Source of the DNA: Octopus vulgaris
Taxonomy: Eukaryota
Length of the DNA stretch: 64,000 bases
NCBI GenBank assembly: GCA_951406725.2
Contig: OX597818.1
Coordinates: 62,496,001-62,560,000 of the forward strand
Direction of reading: 5' to 3'
Part shown: piece after piece, positions 36,836-51,749 of the stretch
Layout: the number at the start of each line of letters is the position of its first letter
Position numbering within the stretch: position 1 is the stretch's first letter
Made by a program: the position numbers and the translations under genes
The notes under the pieces: model-generated
Database searches by the model: none
What the model was told of the DNA's origin: nothing
The model's input: only the letters and a program-made list of their open reading frames with translations

Positions 36836-38604
36836 TTAGAGCTAGAATTGGACCATCCAAATGGTTATGCAATCCACTTTCTAGGCTGGATTGCAAGACT
36901 CTATAGTTCTTTTTTCTTTGTCAGTACAACATTAGCATAATGTTTCTCCAGGTGACAGAGTAGATCATTTCGATTCCAGGTATGGTGTGAACGTGCGGGA
37001 ATTTTCACCGTTTGAGAAGGTGAATTCCTACATGTGTTGAAACAGTTTTGATTGGGTTCATTCGTTTGTGTTCGCGCTCTTTTTACTCTCCGTCGCCAGA
37101 TATAGCTTTCATTGGTTATTCAGCTTCAGTTCATTCTTTATCCTCGCAAGACAATCGAGTAGTATTGCCAAAGGTTGGCCCATTACTTTCTGGTCATCTA
37201 TATTTTTGTCATCAAATGATAGGGCCAAGGTGGAGTCCATTTTTCAATCATTCTCGTAGTTAAGGGCAAATGATGAATTTTAGAAAATCAACAGTTTCTT
37301 ACTTCTGCCGTTTCTTTTGTACATATTCTGTTGCTAATTTTTACGTCCTTATGTCATTATTTAGATTAGAAAGCTCTCGAGTGAGTCTTATAACCACGTA
37401 TTCCACACAGACCTTCTGCGACCACAACGTGGCGAGGCGCTTGAATGGCTGTCTGATCTTTGAGGGTTATCGGAATTTGCGTGCCCAAGCAGTCCCCACT
37501 CCAAACGCACATCCCTTTTGGTCATACCAGGACTCACAATCTACTACAACTGAATCACGTATGTAACAAGTCAAAGGTTAAAGTTTCTGTTTGTGACTCT
37601 GACGTAACGTGACTCTCACGTAACGCTGAAACATATATTGTGACTCGAGCTTCAGAAAAGGTATATGATTCACAGATTCAACCTAATGCTTTGTTCTGGA
37701 AGACCAACCATGCAGTCCAACATGCATCATCAAATACATAAATTTAAAGAAATGAAATAACAAAACAACATCCCATGTATCTCATCATGATATTGAAACC
37801 TCCACAGCTTTCTAACGGGCTGCGATATAAACATTTCTTGTTCTTCTTTACACTAAATCGAAGAAAACAAATAGTTTTGTGATATACCTGTTTCACGTGC
37901 TTTTTGTCCTCGGAGAAGAACAATATTCAAAACTACTTCGTGACAGGTAAAATTGGTACAAGATTTGATGCCTTTGTTGCGTGCTAAATTGTTGGTTGCT
38001 GTTTGTGAAATTGTCATTTTCCTTTCTCATGCAATGCGCATGCCTGTATTTGCTTGTGTAATTATTGTAATTTTCTTTCTGTCTGTCATATTTCTTCGTG
38101 TTTGTAAAATTCTGGAAGACATGTTAAAAATTCTTGGGTGTATGTTCACCAGACGAAGAAACGTTGTTATAAATGTAAGCGGAATTTCAAATTATATACT
38201 AACAAAAATATCATCACAAATTACTAGTAAAGAATAATGAAATTCTATCGCGAATATCTACGAAACAACGTTTCCTCAAAGAAATCAACGAATACATAAC
38301 AGAAGCCGAAATGAGGTGTAATTATAAAGAAAGCTAGAACAAACAACAGGAAAAGTTACAAATCTAAGCTACAAATGGGTCACAAAATGCCATTATATAC
38401 CATTATATACAATCATATACAATAGCAAAGAGAAACTGTATACAGAGCCACAGGCTGCAAGCACGGAACATAATGGATGTAGAATAAACAAATAAATTTC
38501 TCAACCCAGATCGGGAAGTACAGGAGTTAAAGCTGAGACGGAATGATATTTAACTAGGGAGAAAGGTCGAAAACCTCCACCAGAAACCATCAAATATATA
38601 TATA

Positions 38605-38838
38605 CCTATTTCTTTATGACCCACAAGGGGCTAAACACAGAGATGACAAGCAAGGACAGACAAACGGATCAAGTCGATTATATCGACTCCAGTGCGTAAC
38701 TGGTTCTTAATTTATCGACCCCGAAAGGATGAAAGGCAAAGTCGACCTCGACGGAATTTGAAGTCAGAACGTAGCGGCAGACGAAATACCGCAAAGCATT
38801 TCGCCTGGCATGCTAACGTTTCTGCCAGTTCGCCGCCT
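38605..38838 (-). mobile_element. SINE family A
   Basis: Full copy in a TA-rich site. Confidence 0.9.
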
Positions 38839-39366
38839 TATCACATATATATATATATACCACAAATATATACACCATCAAATATATATACCACATAGTT
38901 GAATACTTTCAATAGTTGTAAAATATATAACTCAGCTCAGAGACATTCCTGACTTATTCATCTCTTCACTCACATCACTCTTTCTTTCTACATTCTAAAA
39001 TCTCATTTGTCACTTTCATTCAGTCCTCCTTTCGTGAGTATTTTAGCTTGCTGTCTTCCTTCCCTGCTCATTCCTGTAGAATAGGCAAAAATACCCAGGA
39101 CTTTTTTTTACTCCCTAAAAACGCAGTCTGGGAGGATTGACTGATATGCTGACGTATCATGCATCAGCGTTTCATAACCACTCCGTACCAATGCGAATTT
39201 GTAGTGTCACTCCGGCTGCACGGAGAAGGTTATACATTACTCTAAGGACGGGATCTGGGGGCTGACAATGTGTCTGGGTATAGACTTTAAGAGATCATTA
39301 ATAACAACGATCTCACCTGTCTATGAGGACCTACGGAGACAACGGGCACAGCTACTCCCTCTAGGT

Positions 39367-39530
39367 CAGTGCTTCTCAAATGATTTCGGGCTGCTGCTCC
39401 CCCCACCCACCCATGGCACGCGGGCCATATTCGTAGCTCCCTTTCCGCCAAACACACCACCACATCTACAAACCGCCTTCTGAAGCAAATTCAAGACAAC
39501 TGTATATCACAAAAAATTTGGGAACCACCG
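39367..39530. mobile_element. hAT (Charlie-like) MITE
   Basis: TIRs cagtgcttctcaaa / tttgggaaccaccg; flanks ctctaggt and cactagaa resemble an 8-bp NTCTAGAN target duplication. Confidence 0.7.
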
Positions 39531-39584
39531 CACTAGAACCTCACCATCACCACCAACAGCATCACCACAACAACAACGACAAAA

Positions 39585-39800
39585 TTTAACGTCCTTTTTA
39601 CCATGCTGGTATGAGTTAGACAGTTCAACAGGAGCTGACTAAGCAGAAGGCGGCGCCACGCTCCAGTGCCTGTTTTGACTAGGTTTCCACAGCTGGACAC
39701 CCTTCCTGGTGCCAGCCACTTTACAGAGTGGACAGACTGCATTTTTTCTTTAGCTCCAGCACTGCCGAGGCCACCAAGTATTTGCAGACAAGTCCCCGCT
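39585..39800 (-). mobile_element. SINE/RTE-type 3' tail next to a trinucleotide repeat
   Basis: gtttccacagctggacacccttcctggtgccagcc motif; similar segment at 40798-40960. Confidence 0.55.
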
Positions 39801-40529
39801 TCGACTGAGTGATACGAGTTTCTACATTGATAGATACGAAAGTATGATAAAGGGACGGACCCCGGTAAAAGAAGTAAAAACAATAAAAGGTGATTACCAC
39901 CGGATCCCAAACGGTTTCCGTCTTTGACGGACGAGGCATCCAAATAAATCACAGAACGAAATCTGAAAATGACTGTTCTTTAATTTATTCAATCAGTCAA
40001 AAAATAAGTTGAATATAATTGACGGTTTTGACATTTGTTGTTTGTAAACATGAATTCCGTCTGTTTTCCTTTTAACTCATCGTTAAAATCGGAGATTCAA
40101 GATTCACTTTATTCAGATAAAATCAAATAAATGTTCGATTTTATGCTACATTTCACCAATTTATTTACTTAAAATCACAAAAATTTCTATGTAATAACTA
40201 AAACCGAAGTTATTTGTATATGCAATTAACCGGTAAATTTCAAATAGATTTGACATTAAGCTGTTCAGTTTTTGTTTTATACGGTAATGCAATTAAGCGG
40301 AATCAACTAAACACACACACACACACACACACAGACACACACACACACACATACATGCATATATGTAAACATACATTTGTTTGTGTGTGTATGTGTGTGT
40401 GTGTTTGCGAGTGTGTATTTGCATGTGTGTATGTGTGTGTGTCTGTAGACAGGTATTTCTCGTCCCCTAGTAATTTGTTCGATCATCGATCATCCAAGCC
40501 AATTACTAGTACAAAAGAATAATCAACAG

Positions 40530-40550
40530 ATCATCATCATCACCACCACC

Positions 40551-40581
<31 letters not shown>

Positions 40582-40797
40582 CCACCACCATCATCTTCAC
40601 CACCTTCACCACCACTACCACCACCACCACCACCACCATCTTCATCATCATCATCACCACCACCACCACCACCATCATTTCCATCATCATCATCACCACC
40701 TGCACCACCACCACCACCACCACCACCACCACCACCATAATCATCATCATCAGCAACAGCAGCATCATCATTATCATCATCATCATCATCATCACCA
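40530..40797. repeat. (CAC/CAT)n microsatellite
   Basis: Directly visible. Confidence 0.95.
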
Positions 40798-40988
40798 TTT
40801 ATTCCATGCTGGCGTGGGCTGAAAGTTTCGGCATAAGCAGATGAGCCAGGGGGCTGCACTGTGCCCCACCGTCTCTTGCAGCATTGCTTCTACAGCTGGA
40901 ATCCCTTCTTAGCTCCAGTTATTTTGCAGAGTGTACTGGCTGTAAATACACCAAATCAGCCCACAGCGTCGCCCAGCAAACCATACAT

Positions 40989-41027
<39 letters not shown>

Positions 41028-41221
41028 ACCTTCCCTGCGTTATCCATTTTCCTCTGGCGTTCCTCTTGAAGTAAGACGAAAATTTTATATTCGCCACTCG
41101 CAAACATCTTTGCCTTTATACATTCAGTTCAGCTTTACAATAACGTCGTACGGTTACCGACAGCAATTTCCAGCAAACATTGGTACGATTCTGCCACTAT
41201 TTTTCATATTTCTTATATATA

Positions 41222-41538
41222 GAGAGCGTCGAGCTTACGATCGTGAGGTTGTGAGCTCGAATCCCGGACCTGGCTGCGTGTGGTGTTCTTGAACAAGACA
41301 CTTTATTTCACGTTGCTCCAGTTCACTCAGCTCTAGAAATGAGTTGCGGCGTCACTGGTGCCAAGCTGTATCGGCCCCCTTTGCCTTTCCCTTGGACAAC
41401 ATCGGTGACGTGGAGAGGGGAGGCCGGTATGCATGGGCGACTGCTGGTCTTCCATAAAGCAACTTTGCCCAGACTTGTGCCTCAGAGGGTAACTCTCTAG
41501 GTGCAAACCCGTGGTCATGTCTGACAGAAGGGGGTCAC
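41222..41538 (+). mobile_element. SINE family D
   Basis: Reverse-complement homolog of 34375-34715. Confidence 0.87.
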
Positions 41539-41826
41539 CATATGTAGCGACATTTGAAATTTTGTCAAGGTGAATCTAACCGAACAGAACTAATTAAATT
41601 TATGTTAACAAACGTGATTTCGAAAGTTCGAAACCTAGGTCCTAGATTATCCACATCTGGGTTGTACATCTATTTCATGTTCTTCCTACAGGTAAGATGA
41701 AATTTTTTATGTCCAAACATTTCTGCTAGTATATATATATATATACATACAGTGAAGCTTTACTATGGCGTCGTATATAATCGACCGCTATTTCCAGTAA
41801 ATATTGCTGCATTGTTGTACCCTTTT

Positions 41827-41897
<71 letters not shown>

Positions 41898-43903
41898 TCT
41901 CTCTCCATTCTTTTCGTTCTCTCTCCATTTTCCCCTCTCAACCATTTGTTTCAAAGAGCGTAAGCTCGAAACCCCAAAGAGTTATTCATTCTTTTCGAGC
42001 GTGAAACAAATACACCTGCTTGTTGTTCACTCACCTGTCTTTTTTGTTTTATGTAAATTTGAACTACCCCCCTCCCACCACCACATCACACACACACACA
42101 CACACACGTGTGTGTGTGTGCATATATGTATGTATGCATGTATGTAATTATAACTGTCAGGCTGTCTCGTGTAAATACATGTCGCGAGTGTCATCGAGAA
42201 TGGTGTATTACTAAGTTCCTGCTCTGCTGTCCATCGATGCACTTTAGTCGGGTCAGAACGATCAGATCTGCAGGATGTGCATCTTTTAGGGTTATGGCAG
42301 CCTGAGGAGGTGACTTAGCTATGCTGGAGCGACGACGAATTCTTCAGTTCCATCGACCGACGTACGAAGACACAGTCGATGTTGATAATGAATGTGAAAG
42401 CACGGTTTTTGGGAAGTCTCTTTGACAGCGTGGAATCATTGCCATGCTCTAGGTAATTATCAAACACTTGGAGGTAAAGCTTGATTACAGGTACACCTGC
42501 ATGTTGGGAGTCATTCTCAATATCTACCCGATATACAGAAAGGAACCAAACAAACGCTCTGTGATTTTGATGCAATCACTCATGTCATTAGAGAATGACG
42601 CATGCATTTCGCAGGGCTTTACTCAGGAGCTGAGCAAGATCTCTCTGGTGATTCATTCTTACGGGCGTGCAACGTGAATTTACATAAATTCCACATCGAG
42701 CAAAAGCTTTCACACAGCAACTCAGTAGAAATGCGAGCTGTAGTCCGGCTGATGTTCCGAATGCTACATGCAATCATGATAGGTGCTTCGTAGGGTGTTG
42801 CGTCTGAAATGACCACCCTCAGCGGTATCAAAATTTCCTGCATCACTTCCTTATATGTAACGCATGTTCGACGACGGCAAACGCATTAAATAAAATGGCT
42901 GCTGTTTGCGACACTGATGGGGTCGGGAAAATTCTAACACGTTAAAGAAGGTAAAAAAAATATGAGATATTACGTTGTTTTGTTAAGTAACAACTAACCT
43001 ATGTTATGTGTAAATATATATTTTATTACACATTCAGGTCTTTTATATAAAATGATACTTCCATGAGAAAACATCATTTGTAAAAAGTCTGCAACGGAGT
43101 TTATTAGCATAGTTTGTAAAGTGAAATGTTTGCGTAGAAAATTCACGAGAAGATATTCTGAGATTATTGAAACTAAACTGTTTAACTTGTGTCAAATTCT
43201 CTTTTCCTACCCAGATTTGCTTCTATGGCACAAGAGGATATCCATTCCACACTTAAAGTATGTCTTCCTATATATTATTCATGTCAATATTTATTACTTG
43301 TGCACGAATTTGGCATTAGCAAAGCCTCATATCCATTTTACAATTTTTTTTTCAAGTTCATGGTTTTATAGCTTATTATAATCAATTTAATCGCAACTAA
43401 TGTTACCAATGCAACAACACAGGGGAAATTCGTTTTCATTATTCTGTATGTATAAGCAATAAAAGCCGCACGATCAAAAGAAGATGCCAAATGGAGAGCT
43501 CAAACTGTAGAGAGAAGGAGAGAGAGAAAGGAATTAGGAGAGAAATATTCAAAGAAAGAACGTAGGCGCGTGTATGTTCACGCACACACACACACAGCTA
43601 CATGCATAAACATACACATATATGTGTGTCTATGAATATGTATTTACACACACATAGACACAAATATATATATAAATCTTTCTCTCTTTCTCTCTCTCTA
43701 TATATGTACACACATACACACACACAAATATGTTTATATATATATATTTACATATATACATATTTGTGTGTATATGTATGTGTGTACATATATATATATA
43801 TATAAATATATGTACACACATACACACACTCAATTATGTATGTATATATATATATAAATCTCTCTCTGTCTATATATATACAAATATATGTACACACACT
43901 CAC

Positions 43904-43954
<51 letters not shown>

Positions 43955-44037
43955 GATTCATAATAACTATATATTTATATATGCATACACGCCACCACGC
44001 ACACACAGGAGAGAGAAAAAGGGAATAAAAGAGGAAG

Positions 44038-44107
<70 letters not shown>

Positions 44108-44714
44108 GGCAGCAAAGAAGAAATAAAGCAAGAGAAAGCAAGCATTTATTAAAATCTTGCTCTGGTTGTTGAGCCTGTTCATGACAGATAACTCATAAAC
44201 CAGCTTAGAGGAATCATTGAAGTTTCGTCCAATGACATCGATTTCGAGTCACCTTTACCTCGTCCACCGCAATTTTGTTGAAGCCTGATAGATATACTTC
44301 CACCATTTACTCCTCGATCTCCTCTTTTTTTGTTGTTTTTGTGTTTTTCTGGAAGGTATAAAGGTTTGGAGATTATCACCGTAATCAATATCATCAACAG
44401 CGTTGTTAGTATTAACAACATTCGTCATCCGATTGAGTAGAATCAGCGCCGAGATTCTTTTAGCGCCATTTTCATTCCTTCCTTCCTCCTCCTACGAATA
44501 CTCACCCTTCTACTCCTCTGTCGTCGCTGTCGTGGTGGTGGTGGTGGTGGTGCACAGAATAGAAACCGACAAAAACACCAATAATCCCGAGTCTCTCCAA
44601 CACACCTACCTCAAAAATCACCATCATCATCACCATCATCATTATCATCATCATCTTCATCGCCATCGTCATCATCTTCATTATCATCATCAACATTAGC
44701 AGCAGAAGTTACAT

Positions 44715-47700
44715 CCTCATCTTCATCCTCTCCCTCCTCTTTCGCCTCCTGCTCTCCTTCCTTTTCCTGCTGATATCTCTCCTCCTCCTGCTCTCCCTTC
44801 TCTACATGCTCTCCCTTCTCTACCTGCTCCCCTCCTCCTGCTCTCGCTCCTACTCCTGCTCTCGCTCCTACTCCTGCTCTCGCTCCACAACTTGCACTCC
44901 CTACTTTTCCTGCCCTCACTCTTCCTTCTACTCTCCCTCTTCCTCCTCTCGCTCCTCCAACTGATCTCCCTCCTCCTCCTGCTCTCCTCCTCCTCCTCCT
45001 GCTCTCCCTCATCCACCTCCTGCTCTCCCTCCTCCTGCTTTCCCTCTTTCTTCTGCTCTCCCTCCTCCTCTTCCTGCACTCCACCACTCCTCCTGCTCTC
45101 TCTCTTCCTAATGTTTTCCATCCAACTCTTGCTCTCCCTCCTCCTCCTGCCTTCACTGCTCTTCCTGCCCTCTATCAACATCCTGCTCGCCCCACATCTT
45201 GCTCTCCCTCCTCCTCGTGCGCTACCACCTCCTCTTCCTTTTCTCCCGTTCCTGCTCTCCCTCCTTCCCCTCTTCGCCGCCCGTTTACTGCTGTCCCTCT
45301 TCCTCCTGCTCTCCCTCATCCTCCTGCCCTCCCTCTTCCTTCTACTCTCCCTCAAACTCCTGCTCTCCCCCTCATCTTGCTCTCCCTCATCCTACTGCTC
45401 TCGCTCTTCCTACTCCCCCTCCTCCTCCTCTCCCTCCTCCAACTGATCTCCCTCCTCTAGCTCCCCTCCTTCTATTGCTCTCCCTTCTCCTACTGCTCTC
45501 CCTCCTCCTTCTGCTCTTCCAGTTTCTGCTCTCCCTAATATCCTGCTCTCCCCCTCACCTTGTTCTCCCTCTCCCCTGCTCTCCTTCTCCTCATGCTCTC
45601 ACTCTTTCTCCTGCTCTCCCTCTTCTCCTGTTCTCCCTCTTCCTCTTGCTGTCCCTACTCCTCCTGCTCTCCCTCTTCAGCTCTCCCTCCTCCTACTCCT
45701 GCCTTCCCTCCTCATGCTCCCTTTCCTGCCCTCCCTCCTCTGCTTCCTCATCTCCCTCCTGGTCTGCCTCTTCCTCCTCCTTGTTCTGCTCTCCCTCTTC
45801 CTACTACCCTCCCTCCTCTTACAGCTATCCCTCCTACAGCTTTCCCTCATGCTCCTCCTGTCTCTGCTTCGCCTGCTCTCCCTCCTACTCTGCCACTTTC
45901 TCCTGCTCTTCCTCCTCAAACTGCTCTCCCTCTCCTCTTGGTCTACCTCTTCCTCCTGCTCTCCCATTCCTTCTGCTCTTCCACCTCCTCCTGCTCTCCC
46001 TCTCCTACTCTCCTTTCTACAACTGCTCTCTCTCCTCCTCTTTCTCTCTCTCTTCCTGCTGCTCTCCCTTCGTCAGCTCTCCCCTTAGCACCTTCTCTCT
46101 CTCCTCCTGCTCTACCTCCTCCTCGTGTTGCTCTCCCTTCTCCTACTGCTTTCCATCCTCCTACTGCTTTCCTTCAGGCTCCTGCTCTTCTACTCTGCCT
46201 CTTCCTCCTGCCCTCTCTTTTCCCCTTGCTCTGTCTCTCCTCCTGCTGTTCCTCCTCCTGCACTCCCACTTCCCCCTGCTCTTTCATTCCTCCTGCTCTC
46301 TTCCTTCTCCTACTCTTCTTCCTCCTTCTCTTCCTGCTCTCCATTTTCCTTCTCCTACTCTTCTTCCTCCTTCTCTTCCTGCTCTCCATTTACTTGTCCC
46401 CACCCTTCCTCCTGCTCTCCCTCCTCATCGTGTTCTCCCTCTTTCTATTTCTTTCCCTACCTTATCTCTCTCCCTCCTCCTGCTCTCCCTCCTCCAACAA
46501 ATCTTCCTCCTGCTCTCCCACTTCTTCTTGCTCTCCCTCATCCTACTGCTGTCCCGACGTGTCATTCTCTCCCTGCTGCCCTGCCTCTTTCTTCTGCTTT
46601 CCCTCCTTCTCTTCCTACTCTCCCCTTCCTGCCCTTCCTCATCCTCCTTTCCCTTCTCCATCTTGTCTCCCTCCTGCTCTCCTTCCCCCTACTCTCCTTC
46701 CTCCTCCTATTCTCCTTCCTCCACCTGCTCTTTCTCCTCCTTTTGCTCTCCCTCTTCCTTCTGCTCTCCGTCAACCTGCTGCTCTCCCCATCATCTTGCT
46801 TTCTCTCTCCTCCTGCTCTCACTCCGCTCTCTTTTCTCCTCCTGGTCGTCCTTCTCCTCTGCCTTCTCTCCGTTCTCCTGGTCGCCGTCTCGCTTCTGCT
46901 CTCCCTCCTTCTGTTCTCCCTCAACCTCGTGCTCTTCCTCTCATCGTGCTTTCTCTTATCCTACCGCTCTCCCTCCTTTTCCTGCTCTTCCTGCTCGCTC
47001 CCATCCTGCTCCCCCTCCTCCTCCTCTCTGTCCTCCAACTGATCTCCCTTCTCCTTCTTCTGCTCTGGTTCTCCCTCCTACTCTCTCCTCTGCTCTCCCT
47101 CCTCCTTCTATCCCTTCTCCTCCTGCTATCCCTTTCTTCATTCTCTCTCTCTTCCTTCTACTATTCCCCTCCCCTTCCTTCTCACCCCCTTTCTGCTCTC
47201 TCCCTCCTGTTTCTGCCCTGCCCCTCCTCCACTTCCTGCTTTCCGTCTTCCTCCCCCTCCTCCTCCTGCTCTCCCTCCTGCTCTGCTCCTTATTCCTGCT
47301 CTCCATCTTCCTCCTGCTCTCACTCCTCCTGCTCTCCCTCGTGCCCTGCCTCTTCCTCTTGCTCTTCCTCCTCCTTCTGCTATCCCTCATCTGCGCTTCT
47401 TCCTCCTCCTCCTGTCCTCCCTTCTCCTCCTTCTCTCCCTGCTCTCCGTTTTCCTTCTCTCCCTCCTCCTTCTCCTGTTCTCCCTCTTTCTCTGCTCTCC
47501 CTCCTCCTGCTCTCCATCTGCTCCATGCTCTCCATCATCTCCCTGCTCTTCCTCCTCCCCCTGCTCTCTATATTCTTCCTGCTCTCCGTTATCCTCCTGC
47601 TCTCTATCCCCCTCCTCCTTCTGCTCTTCCTCCTTCCCTCCTGTCCTCCCTCCTTCCCCCCATCCTCCCTTCCACTCCCATTCTCCTCATGCTCTCCCTT

Positions 47701-47730
47701 CTCCTCCTTTCTCCCCGCTTCTTATTCCTC
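44715..47730. repeat. 3-kb polypyrimidine/polypurine cryptic minisatellite (unit near ctcctcctgctctccct)
   Basis: The plus strand is almost only C/T with recurring ctgctctccc; flanked by (CAT)n tracts. Confidence 0.92.
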
Positions 47731-48544
47731 CTCATCATCATCGTTATCGTTATCGTCATCATTATCATTATTATCATCATCATCGTCGTCATCACAGTCG
47801 CCCTCGTATTCGACTTCATCGTCACCGTCGTCTTTATCATGTTCATTATCACCCTCACCACCATCACTGCTACCACACACCACATGACCAACATCGCCAC
47901 CACCGTCAGCACCATTACCTTTATCACCACCACCACCACCACCACCAGCTTCTCGTAAGCAATCTCCAATTGTTATAATTCGAATAAAATTAGAAATATT
48001 CTTTCTGGCAACAATGGAATACAATGGCGAAAGCCGTTCCTGTTTTTTAACGAAACATAGAATATCATGCATTCATATATAACAACTTTGTTTACAAGAA
48101 TCAACAGAAGACCTTCGCACTTACACGGTGACACGGCTCTGTGGTCAGGAGATTTAGTTTGCACTGGTAGTGTTCCAGGTTCGTTTCCGTGATGTATATG
48201 CTATTTTCGTTGATTTCAGTTTTTTAAACTCATGTTATAAAACAATTCTTATAAAAGGTGTGTTTGAAAAGCCGAAAATTGGGAAAAGCACTAATACAAA
48301 TCCTTTCTATAAGGGTTGTGTCACTTTATCTTTTAAAGATTTATCTTTATTTAAGCAATGAATATTAATTAGACCCGGCTGTGTGGTAAGGAGTTTATTT
48401 TTCAACCATGTTGTTCCTGGCTCAATCCCACTTGGTGGCATTCTTGTGCAATGTCTTCCACGGTAAATTTGGGCCAACCAAAGCCTCGTGAATAGATTTG
48501 ATAGGTGGAAACTGAAAGAAGCCTGTCATATATATATAAATATG

Positions 48545-48656
<112 letters not shown>

Positions 48657-49404
48657 CCTGCCCGTTTAACCTGTAAATGGCAGCATTATAATATGATGTA
48701 ATCTATAAAGACATCAATAAAATTCCACCAAAACAGCTATAGGAAATTTGAAATCCCACTTCTCTCTATATATATATGTACGTACATATATATGCATATA
48801 TATGTATATGTGTGCGTTTGTGTGTGTGTGCGTGTGTGTGTATTACAACACAGAAAAGTTTGTACTATCGCCCAAGGGAATCCTATGTACTACATATATG
48901 TATATTCTCTCTCTCTTCCCCACACTACAGACCCCCCCCACAGGTGTATGTCTATCGGTATGCTTTGACCTTATTATTGTATGTGAGAATGCAAGTATAT
49001 CGTTATACAAACCCACCCGGTGAATACAAATATAGCCGCATGAGCTGAAGTCGGTATATAACGTTGAAGAGGACAAGTTTCGTTCCGAATATATAATATC
49101 AACGAAGTGAAATTAATGGAAGTAAATAAAATCTAAGTGTGATTTCTCACATCATTAATGTTCACTCCATAAACAGTGTGGCATTGCAGTGCTTAAAACC
49201 ATCTCATTAACTTACTGTACAGAGAAGAAATAAATAAATGAGATACGTCTCCCGCATGGAACCCAGGTTATGTGTGTGCTAATATATTACATTTGATGAG
49301 CTTTAAGATGCTAACCTATTTCTTGTTAAATTCTTTATGTTTCCTACGTTAAATACTTAGATATTTGCTTAACTGACACCTATTCTTTTTTTTAATTTTC
49401 TTTT

Positions 49405-49821
49405 CTTTTACTTGTTTCAGTCATTTGACTGCGGCCATGCTGGAGCACCGCCTTTAGTCGAGCAAATCGACCCCGGGACTTATTCTTTGTAAGCCCAGCA
49501 CTTATTCTATCGGTCTCTTTTTGCCGAACCGCTAAGTGACGGGGACGTAAACACACCAGCATCGGATGTCAAGCAATGCTAGGGGGACAAACACATACAC
49601 ACAAACATATACACACACACACACTTATATATATATATATATATATATACATATATACGACAGGCTTCTTTCAGTTTCCGTCTACCAAATCCACTCACAA
49701 GGCATTGGTCGGCCCGGGGCTATAGCAGAAGACACTTGCCCAAGATGCCACGCAGTGGGACTGAACCCGGAGCCATGTGGTTGGTTAGCAAGCTACTTAC
49801 CACACAGCCACTCCTGCGCCT
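49405..49821 (-). mobile_element. SINE family B, full length
   Basis: Near-identical to 7997-8424. Confidence 0.92.
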
Positions 49822-51342
49822 ATGTCTGCTTCTTGATTAAAAGACACATATTCGCTCACGGAAGCAGATACACGCATACATACATTCACTCATGCTCGAG
49901 GTTCATATGTAGGCCTATAGCTATCAGATACGCTTCACCACTGCGAGGTTATTACGTAAGTTAATTTACCTGTGTTACTAATTTTCCAGTAGTGATTATT
50001 TCTCAAACCAAATCTTACTGTGGGTTGTATCCATATACTTCAGCCATCACTGCTTTTATAAACTGATTAAATTTATGAGATAAAGCCCTCGTAAATGTCC
50101 ATCATGTTTATATGGCCACATGGCAGACAATGAACGAGAGTTCGACTGGAGGAATGTTTTAAATGTCTTTACACTCTTAATAACAGTAATTTTCCCTATA
50201 CAACAGCAACTGTAAAATTAGAGTGGTGGTAGTGGTAGTGATGAGGTTTGTCCGTAAAATATGACCATGGCGTCTACGGTATTTCGGTTATATCGTATAG
50301 GGTTCTTTAACCAGCGTTTGAGAACTGCTAGCATAAATGAAGAGCTCTCTCTCTCTCTTTCTCTCTCTCCAGAATCTGTGCTGTTGACAACCGATGAATG
50401 ACAGTGAACATCAGAGAGAAAAATAGAAACAGAGAGAGATAGAGAGGAAGAGGGAGAGAGCGAGAAGGAGAGAGAGAGAGGGAACCAGTGTTAAAGAGAG
50501 AAAAACAACGTGATTTCTAGCGGCTGTTTTATCTTCCTTCGTCATTTGAGATGCTGTAAGTAAGAGATTATCGATTCTTAGCTTCACAGTCCGAAAATCC
50601 TGTTCCATACCCAAATGTGTGTCAGCAAGGATTCTCCGTATCTGGACTCAACTTATCCTTACTCTCAGCAAAAGTTAATATACATAACCGGAAGAAATTT
50701 TGCCATAATTGGCGAAGTTGCGTCAAAAGAAGTGCAACCTCCTGCGATCAGAAAATGACTGCAGAGGTACAAAGTAACGCAAACCGGAAGAAATTTCGTG
50801 CTCCTTCTCAACTGTGTCCAGGAATAACTTTTTTCACTTTCCTTTTATACCTTAAATATTTATAATTAAATTAAGTAAATTAGTTTCAATATTCGACTTA
50901 TTTTCTATAAATTACAGACAGTAGCCTTCATTTTCCATACTAAACTTCACTTTACGTAGATTTTAGCCGTCAGTAGCATCATGAAATAAGTAAATACTAC
51001 TTCGAGGTAAAATACAGTTAAAAATTTTATCTGGCTAAAGAAATATGATTTTAGAGCTTTCTAACCGTGGTGGGAAATTTGATGATCCGACATTCTGTCG
51101 GTATCATTGGAACCCGGAGGAATTTACTTAGATGATATGGATATAAATTGCAGTAAAAGTGAGATATGAATGTAACTGACTTCGTATAGTGTTTGGAGTA
51201 TCAGATAAAAGATTAGTGGTGCACAAATTACTGCGACATTGTACTAGAAATAGCAGCGAAATGTCCATTAAATCACACCTCGACTTCTTAATAACGTAAC
51301 GAGTGCTACATTGTATAATGTCATGTTTGAAATACAATAATC

Positions 51343-51572
<230 letters not shown>

Positions 51573-51749
51573 TATATATATATATATATACATATATACG
51601 ACGGGTTTCTTCCACTCACAAGGCTTTGGTCTGCCCGAGGCTACAGTAGAAGACACTTGCCAAAGTTGCCACGCAGTGGGAGTGAACCCGGAACCATGAG
51701 GTTGGTAAGCAAGCTACTTAACACACAGCCACTAAACACCTTTTATACT

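Noticed and set aside
45199-47958. 919-aa and 775-aa ORFs
   Set aside because: S/P/L-rich translations of a C/T tract. Several frames are open because stop codons need A, and there is no domain signal.
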